Assembly (NCBI GenBank): GCA_025062195.1
Contig: JANXAS010000006.1
Coordinates: 13,072-77,071 of the forward strand
Reading direction: 5' to 3'
From: Armatimonadota bacterium
GTDB taxonomy: Bacteria; Armatimonadota; Fervidibacteria; Fervidibacterales; Thermosaccharophagaceae
Length of the DNA stretch: 64,000 bases
Each line of letters begins with the position of its first letter. The stretch's first letter is position 1. Below, piece by piece: positions 1 to 11,500 of the stretch. The translations under genes were made by a program, and so were the position numbers. The notes below the pieces were generated by a model that had not been told where the DNA came from, ran no database searches, and saw nothing but the letters and a program-made list of their open reading frames with translations.

Positions 1-303
1 CCTTTGAAGCTTTTGAACAACCGCTCTTTGTGGCTTTGGCTTAACTTGCTTTGGCTTTTGCGGTTCGTGTTTAGTTTCAACCTGCTCAATCTCAACCCGT
101 ATCACTTGCTCACGGCTCACAAACTGCCTCTCACCAAAGAATATTGCTCCAAGCGGTAAAAGAGCGATATGCAAAATGAGCGACATCACAAAGCACTTTA
201 AAAGGCGCACATCGGTCTGCTGCGCAAGCGCAATTTGATAACTTGCCACGCCGTTTGCAATCCTCAGACCTTCCATAGCCTTATCACCACGCTTTAAATT
301 CAT
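1..303 (-). CDS. TonB/TolA-like energy transducer, N-terminal 101 codons (gene runs off the left edge)
   Basis: Absent from the ORF track because no stop lies in the window. Hand translation of the minus strand from ATG (303..301) is open for all 101 codons (MNLKRGDKAMEGLRIANG...). It has one hydrophobic anchor (LLKCFVMSLILHIALLPLGAIFF) followed by Lys/Pro-rich KHEPQKPKQVKPKPQ, the usual TonB/TolA layout. It lies downstream of exbB-exbD on the same strand. Confidence 0.5.
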   Translation of the reverse strand, partial: MNLKRGDKAMEGLRIANGVASYQIALAQQTDVRLLKCFVMSLILHIALLPLGAIFFGERQFVSREQVIRVEIEQVETKHEPQKPKQVKPKPQRAVVQKLQR

Positions 304-372
304 TCACTGCTTAAGAGGCATTCTCACAGTCAAAAGTTGCGCCCTCTTTTCAACGCCGTCATTTCCTTAAAA

Positions 373-495
373 TTAGGTAGTCACGCAGTTTACGCTGTTT
401 TTATGGGCGGACGATAGCCCTCCATAAATGCTGACAGAAGCGCATGATATGAGTGGCTTAATAGCTGCCCCTAAATCCAACTGCGTAACCCCTAA
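373..495 (+). repeat. Copy A of the dispersed ~120-nt inverted-arm structured repeat family
   Basis: Aligns block for block with 14625..14745. Arms are TTAGGTAGTCACGCAGTT and AACTGCGTAACCCCTAA; the centre reads ...ATGATATGAGTGGCTTAATAGCTGCCCC.... It is intergenic between exbD and the tonB-like gene. The 75-aa ORF 373..600(-) laid over it is rejected. Confidence 0.7.
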
Positions 496-735
496 AACTT
501 TCAGACCAGCTTCAAAGGCGATTGAAATAGAGGCTGCCACAACGCTATCCTTGTGCCGTTGATCGCCACCGACACCTTCTATGATAGCACTCCAACCCAT
601 ACGGAATTTAACCTCTTCACGATGCGAGACTGCGGTGGCATCTTGCCACAGATTTTAACGGGCATTATGCCCATGCCACACTTTTGAAATGATGCATGGC
701 AACAGAAAAATGAACTCCAAAATGACTTAATCGCT

Positions 736-1179
736 TCACTGCTTTCTTTCCCAGCGCTCCCATTCAATTCTCGGCACAGGCTCAGCTGCTAATGCTGCAG
801 CTCTTGCACCAACACGCTTAACGGCATCCATCACGGCGACGGCAACCCAGTATGGTATCTCTGCATCACCTCTGATTACAACTTCCCTTGTGCCCGTCTC
901 CTGAATGCGCTTTCGCAAAGCAGCCTCAAGTTGCGATGGCGAGACACGCTGCTCATCAAGCAAAATCTGCCTTTCAGCAGTTATGCGTATAGTTATCTCC
1001 TGTTGCCTTATCGGCTGCGGTGATAAAGCTCCCGGAAGTTTCAACTTTAATCCGGTGTCACGGGAAAATGTGGTCGTCAGCAGGAAGAAGATGATGAGCA
1101 AAAAAGCTATGTCAGCCATCGTCACCATCGGTATAGTTGGAGTGAGCCTTCTACGGCGCTGCAGCAACATGCTCACCAC
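736..1179 (-). CDS. exbD: ExbD/TolR biopolymer transport protein
   Basis: 147-aa ORF with a basic N-terminus (QRRRR), a single TM (MADIAFLLIIFFLLTTTF) and a periplasmic domain, as in ExbD/TolR. It overlaps the end of exbB. Confidence 0.85.
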   Translation of the reverse strand: MVSMLLQRRRRLTPTIPMVTMADIAFLLIIFFLLTTTFSRDTGLKLKLPGALSPQPIRQQEITIRITAERQILLDEQRVSPSQLEAALRKRIQETGTREVVIRGDAEIPYWVAVAVMDAVKRVGARAAALAAEPVPRIEWERWERKQ

Positions 1180-1804
1180 CTACCTCAACCGCTTTAATTT
1201 GCCTTTGTTGTTCAATCAGCTCCCTTGCAACTGCTTCCATCTCTATTACAAACGCATCCGACCTGTTGATGAAGTAGTTGTATGCTATGTTCGCCGGTAT
1301 CGCTATAACGAGTCCTGTGACGGTGGTTATAAGCGCTTCAGCTACACCGGCTGCAAACTTGGTCGGGTCGCCAAGCCCATAAACGGTTACCTCAACGAAG
1401 GCTTTATATAGCCCCGACACAGTCCCAAGGAAGCCAAGCAGCGGTGCTACCGTCGCTATAGTTGAAAGCCAAACAAGGTGCCTCTCAAGAAAAGACTGCA
1501 TTGATGCAATTGCAAATGTCATTGCATCCTGAGCATCGTTAGCGCCAAGGTGCCTCTTGCGCAGCCCGGCAGCCAAAACGGCACCAACCGTGCTCACCGT
1601 TGCCTCGCAACTCCTCAGGGCATCACCTACAGCACCACGCTTCAATGCCTCCATAACCTCTCGCTTCACGATGCTGTTGTTTCGTGAGACCACACGGTAT
1701 GTCCACAAGCGCTCAAGGAATAGCGCAACCATGATTATTGAACAGAACACAAGCACAATCTCAAATGGTCCGCCGCGCATAATAAACTCAACAACTGCTC
1801 CCAT
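1151..1804 (-). CDS. exbB: MotA/TolQ/ExbB proton-channel protein
   Basis: 217 aa with three predicted TM segments. The conserved C-terminal channel region is present (LLGFLGTVSGLYKAF ... ALITTVTGLVIAIPANIAYNYF). It is paired with exbD. Confidence 0.85.
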   Translation of the reverse strand: MGAVVEFIMRGGPFEIVLVFCSIIMVALFLERLWTYRVVSRNNSIVKREVMEALKRGAVGDALRSCEATVSTVGAVLAAGLRKRHLGANDAQDAMTFAIASMQSFLERHLVWLSTIATVAPLLGFLGTVSGLYKAFVEVTVYGLGDPTKFAAGVAEALITTVTGLVIAIPANIAYNYFINRSDAFVIEMEAVARELIEQQRQIKAVEVGGEHVAAAP

Positions 1805-1857
1805 CTCAAATCACCCTCCTTAAGCGTTTTCAATCCGCAGGTGGCTTTAGCGGCGCT

Positions 1858-4572
1858 TTAAAGCTTGCCCATGGCTTTAAGCCGCTCCTTTGCCCTATCA
1901 GCCCACTTCGTCTGCGAATACTTCTCAAGCACAGTCCTGTATGATTTCTCAGCGCGCTCACCCTCACCGAGACGCTCATAGCAAAGTCCAGCATAAAATT
2001 GAGCGGCGCCAGCCCACTCATGAACATCTTCGTAGAGTAAAGCAACGCGCAGGAACTCACGCAATGCTTCTTTCACATCGCCTTTGAGTAACAGGCACTC
2101 GCCAATCCTGAACTGAGCCTCAATTGTCATCTCGCCAGCATCGCTTGCAGCCACAGCCTTGTAAAGTTCAATAGCTGCATCAAACTGCTTTCGGTTTTGC
2201 TTCGCCCAGGCAAGCTCAAACTGCGCCCTCACTGACAGCGCATCCTTTGGATACCGCTCTATGAACTGCTGCAGCACAACCTCGGCATCGGCGAACTTCT
2301 CAAGCTCATTCAAACACCTGCCCTTGTATAGCAGTGCCTGCTTTGTAAAAGGCGAATTCGGAAACTCTTTAAGCAGGCGTTCAAAGGTAGTCAACGCCTG
2401 TGTAAACTTGCGAGCGTTGAATTGAAGGTAGCCGAGCTGGAGCAGCGCATCCGACTTGATCTCCTCGGGAATTTGCTTTCCCAATGCCCCTTCAAACGCA
2501 TTCATGGCGTCTGAGTCACGCTTCAACATAAGCAATGTCCACCCAAGTCTGTAAAGAGCCTTCCCACTCAGTTCCTCATCCTTCCCGGACGAAAGTTTCA
2601 CAGAGTGCTCGTAATGTGCAAGCGCTTCTTCAAAGCGCTTTTGCACAAACAGCAGCTCTCCGACGAGGAAATGAGCCTCAGGGATGTGTTGGCTCTTGCG
2701 ATGCTCATTAATCAAGCGCTCAAGCACCTTTAGCGCTTCAGCGCGCTTCCCGGCATCTATGTAGACCCAGCCAAGTTGATACAATGCTTTGTCGCACAAC
2801 TCCGAATTCGGATATTCCTTGAGCAAACGCTCAAACGCCGCAGCGGCTTCGTCAAAGCGCTTCAACTCGTAAAGGCAAAGCCCATCCCTGTAAAGGGCTG
2901 TTGCGAGTTTGACCTCGTCCTTTAAGCCGGAGTTGATGAATGCGACAAACTCTTCATGTGCCTCATTGAAGCGCTTAAGCATCCAAAGCGAATTTGCGCG
3001 CCAGTAACGAGCCTCTGGGACAAGTTTATCATTTGGGAAGCGCTTTATGAGTTCGCCATAAGCATTTGCAGCATCTTCAAAACGCTCACGGACAAAATCT
3101 ACAGCGCCAAGCGCAAACAGTGTTGCCGGGGCGATCGCAGCCTGTGGGAAATGCTCAAGGACGAACTTGTAAATTCGTTCGGCAGTATCATACTCCTTTT
3201 TTTCATATGCCACCTTGCCACTCTCAAGCAATGCTAAAGCCACATCCTCAGCTGCCTCACCGGTCAGTTTCAACTTTAAGATGACCTTTTGAATGCGCTC
3301 AAACTCACCGGCACGAATGAGCGCAACGATGAGCGATGTCACCGCAGCACGCATGCGCTCTTCCTTAAAAGCCATCTCCGCCAAATTTGTTAATTCCCTT
3401 ATAGCGCCCTCAACATTTCCGCCTTTGAGAGCGCATTCAGCCAACATCACTCTTATCAGCGCCACATCCCTTTCATCCTTTGCACGCTCAAGTGCTACCA
3501 TGAGTGACTTTGCTGCCTCGTCATAGCGCTCCATCGCCATGTATGCTTCTCCGAGCGCAAGATGCGCCCTGGCAACATATGGTGAGTTTGGCATCGTCCT
3601 AATGAGCAGGAGGAATTGCGCCGCAGCATTCTGTGGTTGCTTCATGCGAAGCAGGCATTGCCCACCCCAATAAATTGCATGGTCGGCAAATGGATGCGCC
3701 CTATCTTCGGCTACCTTTCTGTATATCTCCAATGCCTTTTCATAGCGCTTCAAGTTGAAGTGACAGTCAGCCTGTCGGACAATCGCTTCCATAGCAGCCT
3801 GTGTCTTCGGGTAGCGTGCCACCACCTCGCCAAAGAACTTGGCTGCCTCCTCATATTGACCGCTCTCAAAGCTCACCCATGCAATGCCGAGCATCGCGTC
3901 GGCTACTTCGCTGCTATTTGGGTAACGCTTGATAACCATCTCATAGGCTGCCTTTGCCTCTTCATATCGTTTCAGATCAAACAGGCATTCCCCAATCAAC
4001 CATTGGCACTGTGGCGCAACATCGCTTTCTGGGAATTCGGCAACACAACGCATGAAATACTTCAGCGCCTCTTCATGCCTTTTCATGTCACGAGCGATCA
4101 AACCGAGCGAATATAGCGCGTATGGTGCCTCCGTCCCTTTGGGGAACTTGCGCAGCACAAGCTCATACCACTTCTTGGCTTCGTCGTAGCGCTGCATCTG
4201 GTAATGGGCTTCGGCAGTCCAATATGTTGCTCTCGCCTCAACTTCGCGCTTGCCTCTTGCGGCGGCTTCGGCTGCAGCCCTCTCAAAAGCCTTGGCAGCT
4301 TGCTCGTATCGCTTCAGCCTGAAATTGCAATCGCCAAGTATGAACAACGCCTCCGGCACACGCTCATCCTTTGAATGCTGCTTTACAAATCTTTCGAGCT
4401 CATCAGCAGCGAGCGCAAACTCCTCCTTCTGATACAGTCGCATCGCAAAGACAAAATCCTCATCGGCAGTCCCAGCGCACACATGAGGCACATGCAGGGC
4501 AATTATGCAGACAGCACATATGAGAGCTTGAGCGAGCGAAAGCGAATAGCCACGCCATTCATCTACTTGCAT
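1858..4572 (-). CDS. Secreted tetratricopeptide-repeat protein (YbgF/CpoB-like repeats), 904 aa
   Basis: Hydrophobic signal-like N-terminus (LICAVCIIALHVPHVCAG) followed by many 34-aa TPR-like units with the recurrent pattern A..Y.LG......RY.EA...FE.....YP.S. It lies directly upstream of exbB on the same strand. Confidence 0.8.
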   Translation of the reverse strand: MQVDEWRGYSLSLAQALICAVCIIALHVPHVCAGTADEDFVFAMRLYQKEEFALAADELERFVKQHSKDERVPEALFILGDCNFRLKRYEQAAKAFERAAAEAAARGKREVEARATYWTAEAHYQMQRYDEAKKWYELVLRKFPKGTEAPYALYSLGLIARDMKRHEEALKYFMRCVAEFPESDVAPQCQWLIGECLFDLKRYEEAKAAYEMVIKRYPNSSEVADAMLGIAWVSFESGQYEEAAKFFGEVVARYPKTQAAMEAIVRQADCHFNLKRYEKALEIYRKVAEDRAHPFADHAIYWGGQCLLRMKQPQNAAAQFLLLIRTMPNSPYVARAHLALGEAYMAMERYDEAAKSLMVALERAKDERDVALIRVMLAECALKGGNVEGAIRELTNLAEMAFKEERMRAAVTSLIVALIRAGEFERIQKVILKLKLTGEAAEDVALALLESGKVAYEKKEYDTAERIYKFVLEHFPQAAIAPATLFALGAVDFVRERFEDAANAYGELIKRFPNDKLVPEARYWRANSLWMLKRFNEAHEEFVAFINSGLKDEVKLATALYRDGLCLYELKRFDEAAAAFERLLKEYPNSELCDKALYQLGWVYIDAGKRAEALKVLERLINEHRKSQHIPEAHFLVGELLFVQKRFEEALAHYEHSVKLSSGKDEELSGKALYRLGWTLLMLKRDSDAMNAFEGALGKQIPEEIKSDALLQLGYLQFNARKFTQALTTFERLLKEFPNSPFTKQALLYKGRCLNELEKFADAEVVLQQFIERYPKDALSVRAQFELAWAKQNRKQFDAAIELYKAVAASDAGEMTIEAQFRIGECLLLKGDVKEALREFLRVALLYEDVHEWAGAAQFYAGLCYERLGEGERAEKSYRTVLEKYSQTKWADRAKERLKAMGKL

Positions 4573-4667
4573 CTTTTATGCCTTTGCCTCCTTTCAACCG
4601 TTAAAGGTTGCCAACCCAAATTGATGATTCTCAAATCGGTGCAGTTGCACACTGTCAGTTGACAACG

Positions 4668-6068
4668 CTACCGCTTTGCGCGCGCATCTGAAAGCTTTCC
4701 CGGAAGGCTTATCACAAGTGGTTGCTGCTTGCGTTTGGCAAAGCCCATTGTTCGGCACACCTCGCCAGCAAATGCCCAATCGGCTGTTGAAAAGCCGTGC
4801 CCAATCCAAGGATGATATGCATGAAGTGTGTATACTCCAGGCACCGACCCATCCACTCTGAAGACGCCATGTTCATCAGTTGATGATGGCGATGTGCGAG
4901 AATCGTGCACCCATACCATTGCGTCGGGGACAACATTACCATCGGAGTCAACAACAGCGCCTTCATGTGACATGCGCTGCATATATGGCTCCGCTGCAGT
5001 AACGGGAAAGATGTCAAACTTGCTTTCGTTCCCCCTGAACAAATTTTCATCGCTTATGTCCGGTGTGCTTGTCCCCCACCAGATTTGATGTGCAATTACC
5101 TCGTGTCCGCCAACAGCGTCGCTTATAAGCACCGGTGAAATTATCCTGTTGCAACCGCCACGAGTATGTATTCGCACAACTCTCTCATGCTTAGCTGCCT
5201 TACCCCGTATATGTATTGCACCCCAACCATGCTTACCTCCCATATCGGCTATAGTTACATCTTCAATTGTGATGCTCGGGAAACTGCCCTCATCATTTGG
5301 CAGCGCAGCGAATGTGCCACACCCTTTAATCAGGCAGTAGAAGAGCGTAAACGACCTTCCGATTGCTGAGAGCGCGAAGCGTTTAAAGTTGCGTATGGTG
5401 CAATGCTCAAGGTATGCATCGCCACCAACAGCATCCATCTCGCCATCTTCGATCAGGCAATACCTTGCAACAGCATGTTCGCCAAGCATCAGCGCGCCAT
5501 TCCCGCACCTTCGTATCCTTGAACATTCAATCACACCAGCATGAATTGTCACCGCAAACTTCAAAGCATCGTTGACTCCGACATCTTCAAACCAGCAATA
5601 GCCCACATAGACTGGCGCCTCGGCGCTCAACGGGCGCTGAAGATGTCTAAACACGCAGTGCTTAAATGCTGTGCCCTTGGTTGCCCTCTCATCAGATGGG
5701 TTAGCTGTCTTCGTGACAGTTATTCCAACTGCAAGCCCGTTGCGCCATTGCTCCTCGTTGAGACCTCTAATCAGAATCGGCTTTGTCGGACTGCCTATAG
5801 CGCGCAGCTCCCCCGAGACGATTATGCTTGCTGGCGATTTGCTGCTACCGTAAAATTCAACAACGACTCCGGGCTCTATCGTCAAACTCACGCCCTTAGG
5901 TATGCGCAACTCTCCCTCAACGCGCACCGGGCTGTCCTGATGACGCCAAACCTCGCTGCGGTGCATAGTCCCAGAGCGCACAATAGCTGCGATACAAGCG
6001 CTTTGCAGGAACAAAACGAGCAATGACAGTTGTATCGTGAGCAACGCTACACACTTCATGCAGAGCAC
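4668..6068 (-). CDS. Secreted hypothetical protein; beta-helix-like core with a carboxypeptidase-regulatory-like C-terminal domain (tentative)
   Basis: 466-aa ORF with a signal peptide (MKCVALLTIQLSLLVLFLQSACIAA). The C-terminal segment VVDSDGNVVPDAMVWVHD...DEHGVFRVDGSVPGVYTLHAY looks like a CarboxypepD_reg fold. The domain calls come from pattern recognition only. Confidence 0.55.
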   Translation of the reverse strand: MLCMKCVALLTIQLSLLVLFLQSACIAAIVRSGTMHRSEVWRHQDSPVRVEGELRIPKGVSLTIEPGVVVEFYGSSKSPASIIVSGELRAIGSPTKPILIRGLNEEQWRNGLAVGITVTKTANPSDERATKGTAFKHCVFRHLQRPLSAEAPVYVGYCWFEDVGVNDALKFAVTIHAGVIECSRIRRCGNGALMLGEHAVARYCLIEDGEMDAVGGDAYLEHCTIRNFKRFALSAIGRSFTLFYCLIKGCGTFAALPNDEGSFPSITIEDVTIADMGGKHGWGAIHIRGKAAKHERVVRIHTRGGCNRIISPVLISDAVGGHEVIAHQIWWGTSTPDISDENLFRGNESKFDIFPVTAAEPYMQRMSHEGAVVDSDGNVVPDAMVWVHDSRTSPSSTDEHGVFRVDGSVPGVYTLHAYHPWIGHGFSTADWAFAGEVCRTMGFAKRKQQPLVISLPGKLSDARAKR

Positions 6069-6254
6069 CCCGCCATTAAATGCATACTGCGCAGCACCGT
6101 TTATGAGGAACTCGCCAAACTTGGGAAAAGGCTGTCATGCGCTGGTTTCAAATCACAAGGATTGAACTTGTCTTTGCGCGCATCAATTTGATGGCTCTAA
6201 CACATGAACGGTTGCTAAATCTATAGTGCGCATGTCAGCATAGCGAATCACATT

Positions 6255-7229
6255 TCACATTTGCAGCACACTTGCAGCAAAGCGCTCCAAATGAACTTGC
6301 CGAGGAAAATCAAAGCGCTGCTGCGTTGAACCCTTCTCTCCTGGGAACACAGATTTGATGATTTTTTTAGCCCATTCCTCAGGCATGGGCAACGAAAGCG
6401 CATACGCCACTGTGGGAGCTACATCGCATATTGATATCTTCCCGCTTAACTCGCCGCGCTGCTTAACAGCACCGCCAGAGAATATGAGCGGTATGAGCAA
6501 GTCTCTTTCATCTTTCCCGTAGTGCCATCTCCCATGCCCACCATGATCGGCAGTGATAACGAGCAACGCTCTATCCCACATCTTGAACTCTTTCAGCGCC
6601 TTCACAACAGCACCGATGTGAGCATCACACTTTCTCACCTCATCAAGTTGCGCTTTGCTCCCCCATCCGCGCTCATGCCCCACCCAATCAGGCTCTGGGA
6701 AGTGGATGAAAAGGACATGCGGCTGCATTTGCTTTAGGCATTCCAATGCCGCATTTAAAATCTTTGTTGCGTTTGCCCTTTTAATCCTCGGGGCATAATT
6801 GACCCAATTTGGGTTTGCTATGTGAAACAGCTTCTTCTTGCCCACGATCATAGCGGTGCTCAAGCCCTTCGCCCTCGCAAATGTGAACAGTGTCCTGCGC
6901 TGCACATAACCCCTCTCAGGGATGTAGGAGTCAAAGTCAAACCCGTGAACAGATGGCGGCACCGCTGTAAAAAGAGAGACATGTGCCGGCAGTGTTGCCG
7001 ATGGTCTGACTGTCCTTGCATTGAGCGTGTAACAGCCATGGTTCATTAGCTGGCGTATGTTCGGGGCATCAGCCAACTTCAGCACCCAAGAGGCAAGCCC
7101 ATCAACAGTTATTATGATGGCTCTTTCTGCAAACGGCTCGGGCGCATTCCCACAACGACCACATGAAAGGGAGCGCACCAGACTGAATATTGAGGCGAGG
7201 GAAAGAGCGAGCAACTTAACCCTCTTCAT
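6255..7229 (-). CDS. Alkaline-phosphatase-superfamily protein (nucleotide pyrophosphatase/phosphodiesterase-like)
   Basis: Motifs IIITVDGL, PSATLPAHVSLFT and ITADHGGHG are present. I moved the start to the ATG at 7229, which is preceded by AGGAGG and gives a signal peptide MKRVKLLALSLASIFSLV. The track ORF starts at 7289. Confidence 0.8.
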   Translation of the reverse strand: MKRVKLLALSLASIFSLVRSLSCGRCGNAPEPFAERAIIITVDGLASWVLKLADAPNIRQLMNHGCYTLNARTVRPSATLPAHVSLFTAVPPSVHGFDFDSYIPERGYVQRRTLFTFARAKGLSTAMIVGKKKLFHIANPNWVNYAPRIKRANATKILNAALECLKQMQPHVLFIHFPEPDWVGHERGWGSKAQLDEVRKCDAHIGAVVKALKEFKMWDRALLVITADHGGHGRWHYGKDERDLLIPLIFSGGAVKQRGELSGKISICDVAPTVAYALSLPMPEEWAKKIIKSVFPGEKGSTQQRFDFPRQVHLERFAASVLQM

Positions 7230-7365
7230 CTTCCACCTCCTAAACCAATAGCTCTCAACTAACATTGGCGCGAACAGCTCATATTGCAATGCGAAGGGCG
7301 GTTGGAACAGTTTGCCGAAAAGTCCTCATGTGCGGAATGCCACCACTTCGCACCCGTCAATTAAA

Positions 7366-8520
7366 TCACATCTGCGCTTTGCCGAGCCGCACTGTGAATT
7401 TCATTCTCTGACCGCCACGCACAACTTCAACTATAGCATCAGAATACGGTTCGGCGATCCAAACTTCCCTGAGCAAACTTATGCCAGAGTGTATTGGCTT
7501 ACCATTGAATCGTATAATGATGTCTCCGGCTTGCAATCCAGCATTTGCAGCTGGGCTGCCCTGATGAACCCGCAAGATTAAAGCGCCCTCCATGGGCTTA
7601 ATCCCGTAGCGAGCCACCTTGGGGTCGTTGGCATTCTCAACGACGACGCCAAGATAAGCATGCTCAACCACACCGCCTTTCATGAGCCTGTCAAGCAGCG
7701 CCTTCACAGTATTTATCGGTATGGCAAATCCAATGCCTATACCAACTCTCTCACCGGATGGATTGTAAATGAATGTGTTGATGCCAATCACGTTGCCATT
7801 CAAGTCAAGCAACGGTCCGCCACTGTTGCCCGGATTTATCAAGGCGCTCGTCTGAAGGTATGAATGCACACTCCTTCTGCCCTCAACGGATTCAAATTCC
7901 CTCTCCTTCGCGTTTATGAACCCGATTGTTACGGTTTGCCCAAGCCCAAACGGATTCCCAATTGCTATAGCCCAGTCGCCGACCTCAACCCTGTCGGAAT
8001 CGCCAAACTCAAGCGTCGGTAATGGTCCTTGGGCACTCACTTTTAGGACCGCCAAGTCAAGCCATGGGTCAACACCCACAACCTTAGCTGCAAGCTCGCT
8101 TTTGTCATGCAAACCAACGCGAATGCTCCTTGCGCCCTCAATCACATGTGAGTTTGTGAGTATGTAACCATCGCTTCGGAATATGAAGCCTGAGCCAATA
8201 CCTTCGGAGCGCGGCAACGGTTCCCCGAAGAATTCGTAAAGCAATCGCTCAAATGGGTCGGCAACTACCCTAACAGCCCGTATGTGCACAACTGCTGGCT
8301 CAGCTCGCTTTGCAATTCTTGCAAATGCCTTCTTCCAATCCGATTGTGTCAACCCTGATTGCGCACCAGAAGCGGTATCCCTTACGGGTATAAAAGCGTA
8401 GTTTGATGTTTCGGTTCGCTGCTTTGCGCCGCTCCACCCACCAACCCTGTAACCGAGCGCGAACCCGAGCAGCAAAGAGATGAGCATACCAATCAGAACC
8501 CTCTTTGATACGCGCATCAC
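7366..8520 (-). CDS. htrA: HtrA/DegP-family serine protease with PDZ domain
   Basis: Contains an N-terminal TM, the trypsin-like motifs GYILTNSHVIEG and GNSGGPLLDLNGNVIGINT, and a C-terminal PDZ-like segment (GALILRVHQGSPAANAGLQAGDIII). Confidence 0.9.
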   Translation of the reverse strand: MMRVSKRVLIGMLISLLLGFALGYRVGGWSGAKQRTETSNYAFIPVRDTASGAQSGLTQSDWKKAFARIAKRAEPAVVHIRAVRVVADPFERLLYEFFGEPLPRSEGIGSGFIFRSDGYILTNSHVIEGARSIRVGLHDKSELAAKVVGVDPWLDLAVLKVSAQGPLPTLEFGDSDRVEVGDWAIAIGNPFGLGQTVTIGFINAKEREFESVEGRRSVHSYLQTSALINPGNSGGPLLDLNGNVIGINTFIYNPSGERVGIGIGFAIPINTVKALLDRLMKGGVVEHAYLGVVVENANDPKVARYGIKPMEGALILRVHQGSPAANAGLQAGDIIIRFNGKPIHSGISLLREVWIAEPYSDAIVEVVRGGQRMKFTVRLGKAQM

Positions 8521-8595
8521 ACTATCACCTCGTCAGAGCTTATAACGGTTTTGGGGCGAGACGCATACCTCAAATGGAAAATTCACACACCCTCA

Positions 8596-11500
8596 TTATT
8601 TAATTTGGACTTGCAAGGTGAGCGGCTTTGCTCCTTGCTCTTCAAACCAGATTTTGCCACCACGAACCATATCCACCTTGAGCGTGTAAGCGCCTGCCTT
8701 CTTGGGGGCTTTCAGAGGAACATCAAGCTCAACGCTGTCATCCATCTGTATGTCCTTCGGCAAATTTGAAAGGATGCCAAACTCAAAAACTGCTCCCTTC
8801 TCATCCACCCAGCGGTATCCAAGCTGAACGATATCTTCACCTACCGCACGCCATGTTAAAGCACCTCTGTTTTTAACATGCACTTTGACTCTATAAGTTT
8901 GACCCGAAATAAGCTCCCCCGGGATATCGTGCGAGACGATTTCATAATCATACTCGGCAATCACTTTCACCGGCACATTGAGAGATGGCGAACCACGCTC
9001 GCTAAACCATCCAACACCCTCCAAGTGCAAATCCCAGCGCAGCACAAATAAGCCGACCTGCTTCGGAGCGCGCACCCTCGCCTTTAGAGTCACACCCTCC
9101 TTAAACCCGACATCCCTCGGAAGAGGTGTTCTAAGCCGAACAACCCCTTTAAGCTCGTTACCATTGGCATCCAACCAATGGTAGCTGAGTGTGACGGGAT
9201 GCTCACCGGCAGCCATCCATGTCATTGTTCCGAGATTTGTTAATGTCATCCCGACTTCGTATTCATGCCCGACGACCATCACAGTCGGATGCTGTATAGG
9301 TTGAAACTCAGCAACGCATATTGGGCGCTGCACCATCACTTCAACTCTTAGTGTCGGTGAGCCCATATGCGAGAATGGCATATTGCCAGCACGAAGCAAA
9401 TCCCAGTGCAAAGTGTAATTACCGCTTACTGGTGGGGCTTGCACCCTCGCTGCGACTTCAACCGTCTCTCCGGGCATGACATCATACGGCACCGGTGTCT
9501 CTATCGTTGGCGTAACAAGCTCTTTGCCCTCCGGATTAAACCACCGGTATACTACAGCGACGCATCTCAGTCCTTTGCTCTCCCACGCCACAGCACCGAT
9601 GTTTCTGAGCCGCAAGTTAACGAGGTAGATTTGACCCGGATACATTGTCCTTGGAGTGTTGTGCCATAAGTATGCGACTGCATAAGGCACTTTGACGCTA
9701 ACCGGATGCGCTTCAAATTCATCTCCAAAATCCGAGAACCAAGATTGCTTGCCAGCCTGCCCCTGAAGAGCCAAATCCCAAAGCAAGCTGTATTCACCTG
9801 GGACAGACGGAGAGCGCACTCTAACGCTCATTTCAATCATCTCACCCGGTTTGACATCCTCACCAATCGGCGTCAATATTGGCTCCTCATCAATCCTTGC
9901 TCCATTCTGGTCAAGCCAATGGTAGCCGACCAAGACTTTGGTAGGGGCATCTTTACCATCCCATGTCATAGCACCTATGTTGCGCACCCTCACCCTAACG
10001 GTGTAAATCTGTCCCGGAGCCATCTCCTTTGGGGCGTTGTGCCAGACAACTTGAGCTGCGTAGCGCTTTACAACTCTCACAGGTATGTTCAGCGTCTCAC
10101 AACCTTCCTCCGAAAACCAAATCGCACCTCCGTGACATAGATCCCACTCAAGCGTATAAGTGCCGGGCTTGCTTGGCGCAACAACAGTCGCTGTCACCTG
10201 CACCTCCTCCGACTCATTCACAGCCTTAGGGAGGGCGAATCTCTCGCCACGCATCACGACAAAGCCATTTTCATCCTTCCAGCGATACGACAATGTAACC
10301 GCATATCTGCCAGCGGCAAGCCATGTCAGCTTGCCTGTGTTGCGCAACTTTATTAGGACTTGCACCGCATCCAATGTGAGCATCTCTTCCGGAACAGTAT
10401 GCTCAACATACGATACACCATAGACCCTCTCGGCGAGCACCGTCACTCTGTCCTCGTTTGAATCATTTTCCTCATCATATGCACGAAGGCGCAATGTGAG
10501 CGTGCCACTAAGTTGAGTAACATCCCAAGTGGCTATATGTTCGTCCTCAACTTGTCTTAAACCGTCTTTAATCTCAATCTCTGTCCATGAGGTTGGTTCA
10601 GCGCCACGCCCATACTCAAGCGTCAAATGTTTCAGCTTGCCATACGGGACTTTTACAGTCGCCCTGATTTTTACAACCCCTTCAACCCTTGCACCGTCTC
10701 TTGGTGATGTTATTTGCACATGCGGTAGTTTCCTCTCAAGCTCCAAGAGGAATATTTCCCTATTGCCATCAACCATGGCATCATATGCGATCATATTTCC
10801 CTTTGGCGACCAACTTGGCGATGATGGATTTTCGCCCGGAGCCTCAATAGCTTTGCAAGTGCCACCATCAGAGCTGATTATGACAAGCTCATATCGCCTC
10901 CCAATACGCCTCACCGCACAGAGCCACTTTCCATCCGGCGACCATGATGGTGAGCGCCCATCCGGCAAGAGCAACTTTTCTTTGCGCTCGTATAAGTCCA
11001 TCACCCAAATACCGCTAACTCCATCATCCTTCGCCACAAATGCCAATTGTCTCCCATCGGGAGACCAAGCCGGCTCCCACGCGTTATGGCGCAACTTCCT
11101 TGCTTTATCAGTGCCATCCAAATCAAGCAGCCAAATCGCATCAGCGCCATCCCTATCAGAGACAAAGGCGATGCGCTTCCCATCGGGGGATATAGCTGGC
11201 ATCCAATCAATTCCGGGTGAATCCGTCATACGGCGCAGCTTGCCAGTTGAGAGCTCAAGCAGCCAAACATCAATGTTGCCGAAACGGTTGCTCACAAATG
11301 CGAGCAAATCAACATGCCATGCCAACGATGGATTGCTCGCAAACTCACCCTCAGATTCACACCTCACAAGTTTTTGCAAATTGCCTGTGAGCACATCAAG
11401 CATCCATATCTCGTTCATGCCGTCCCTGCCTGAGACAAATGCGAGCCTGCTTCCGTCGCCAAACCAAGCTGGCTGAGCCTCAACTGCCGGTGAACTCGCC

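Noticed and set aside
373-600. 75-aa ORF on the minus strand in the exbD/tonB-like spacer
   Set aside because: It lies directly over repeat copy A, whose other copies do not conserve any reading frame. It has no ribosome-binding site or recognisable motif.
10529-11476. 315-aa plus-strand ORF, and many similar long ORFs antisense to recA, ftsH, the ABC gene, the S55 gene and others
   Set aside because: These are shadow ORFs opposite well-supported genes. They are Ser/Pro/Leu-rich and low-complexity, with no motifs. They are typical of the antisense frame in moderately GC-rich genes.
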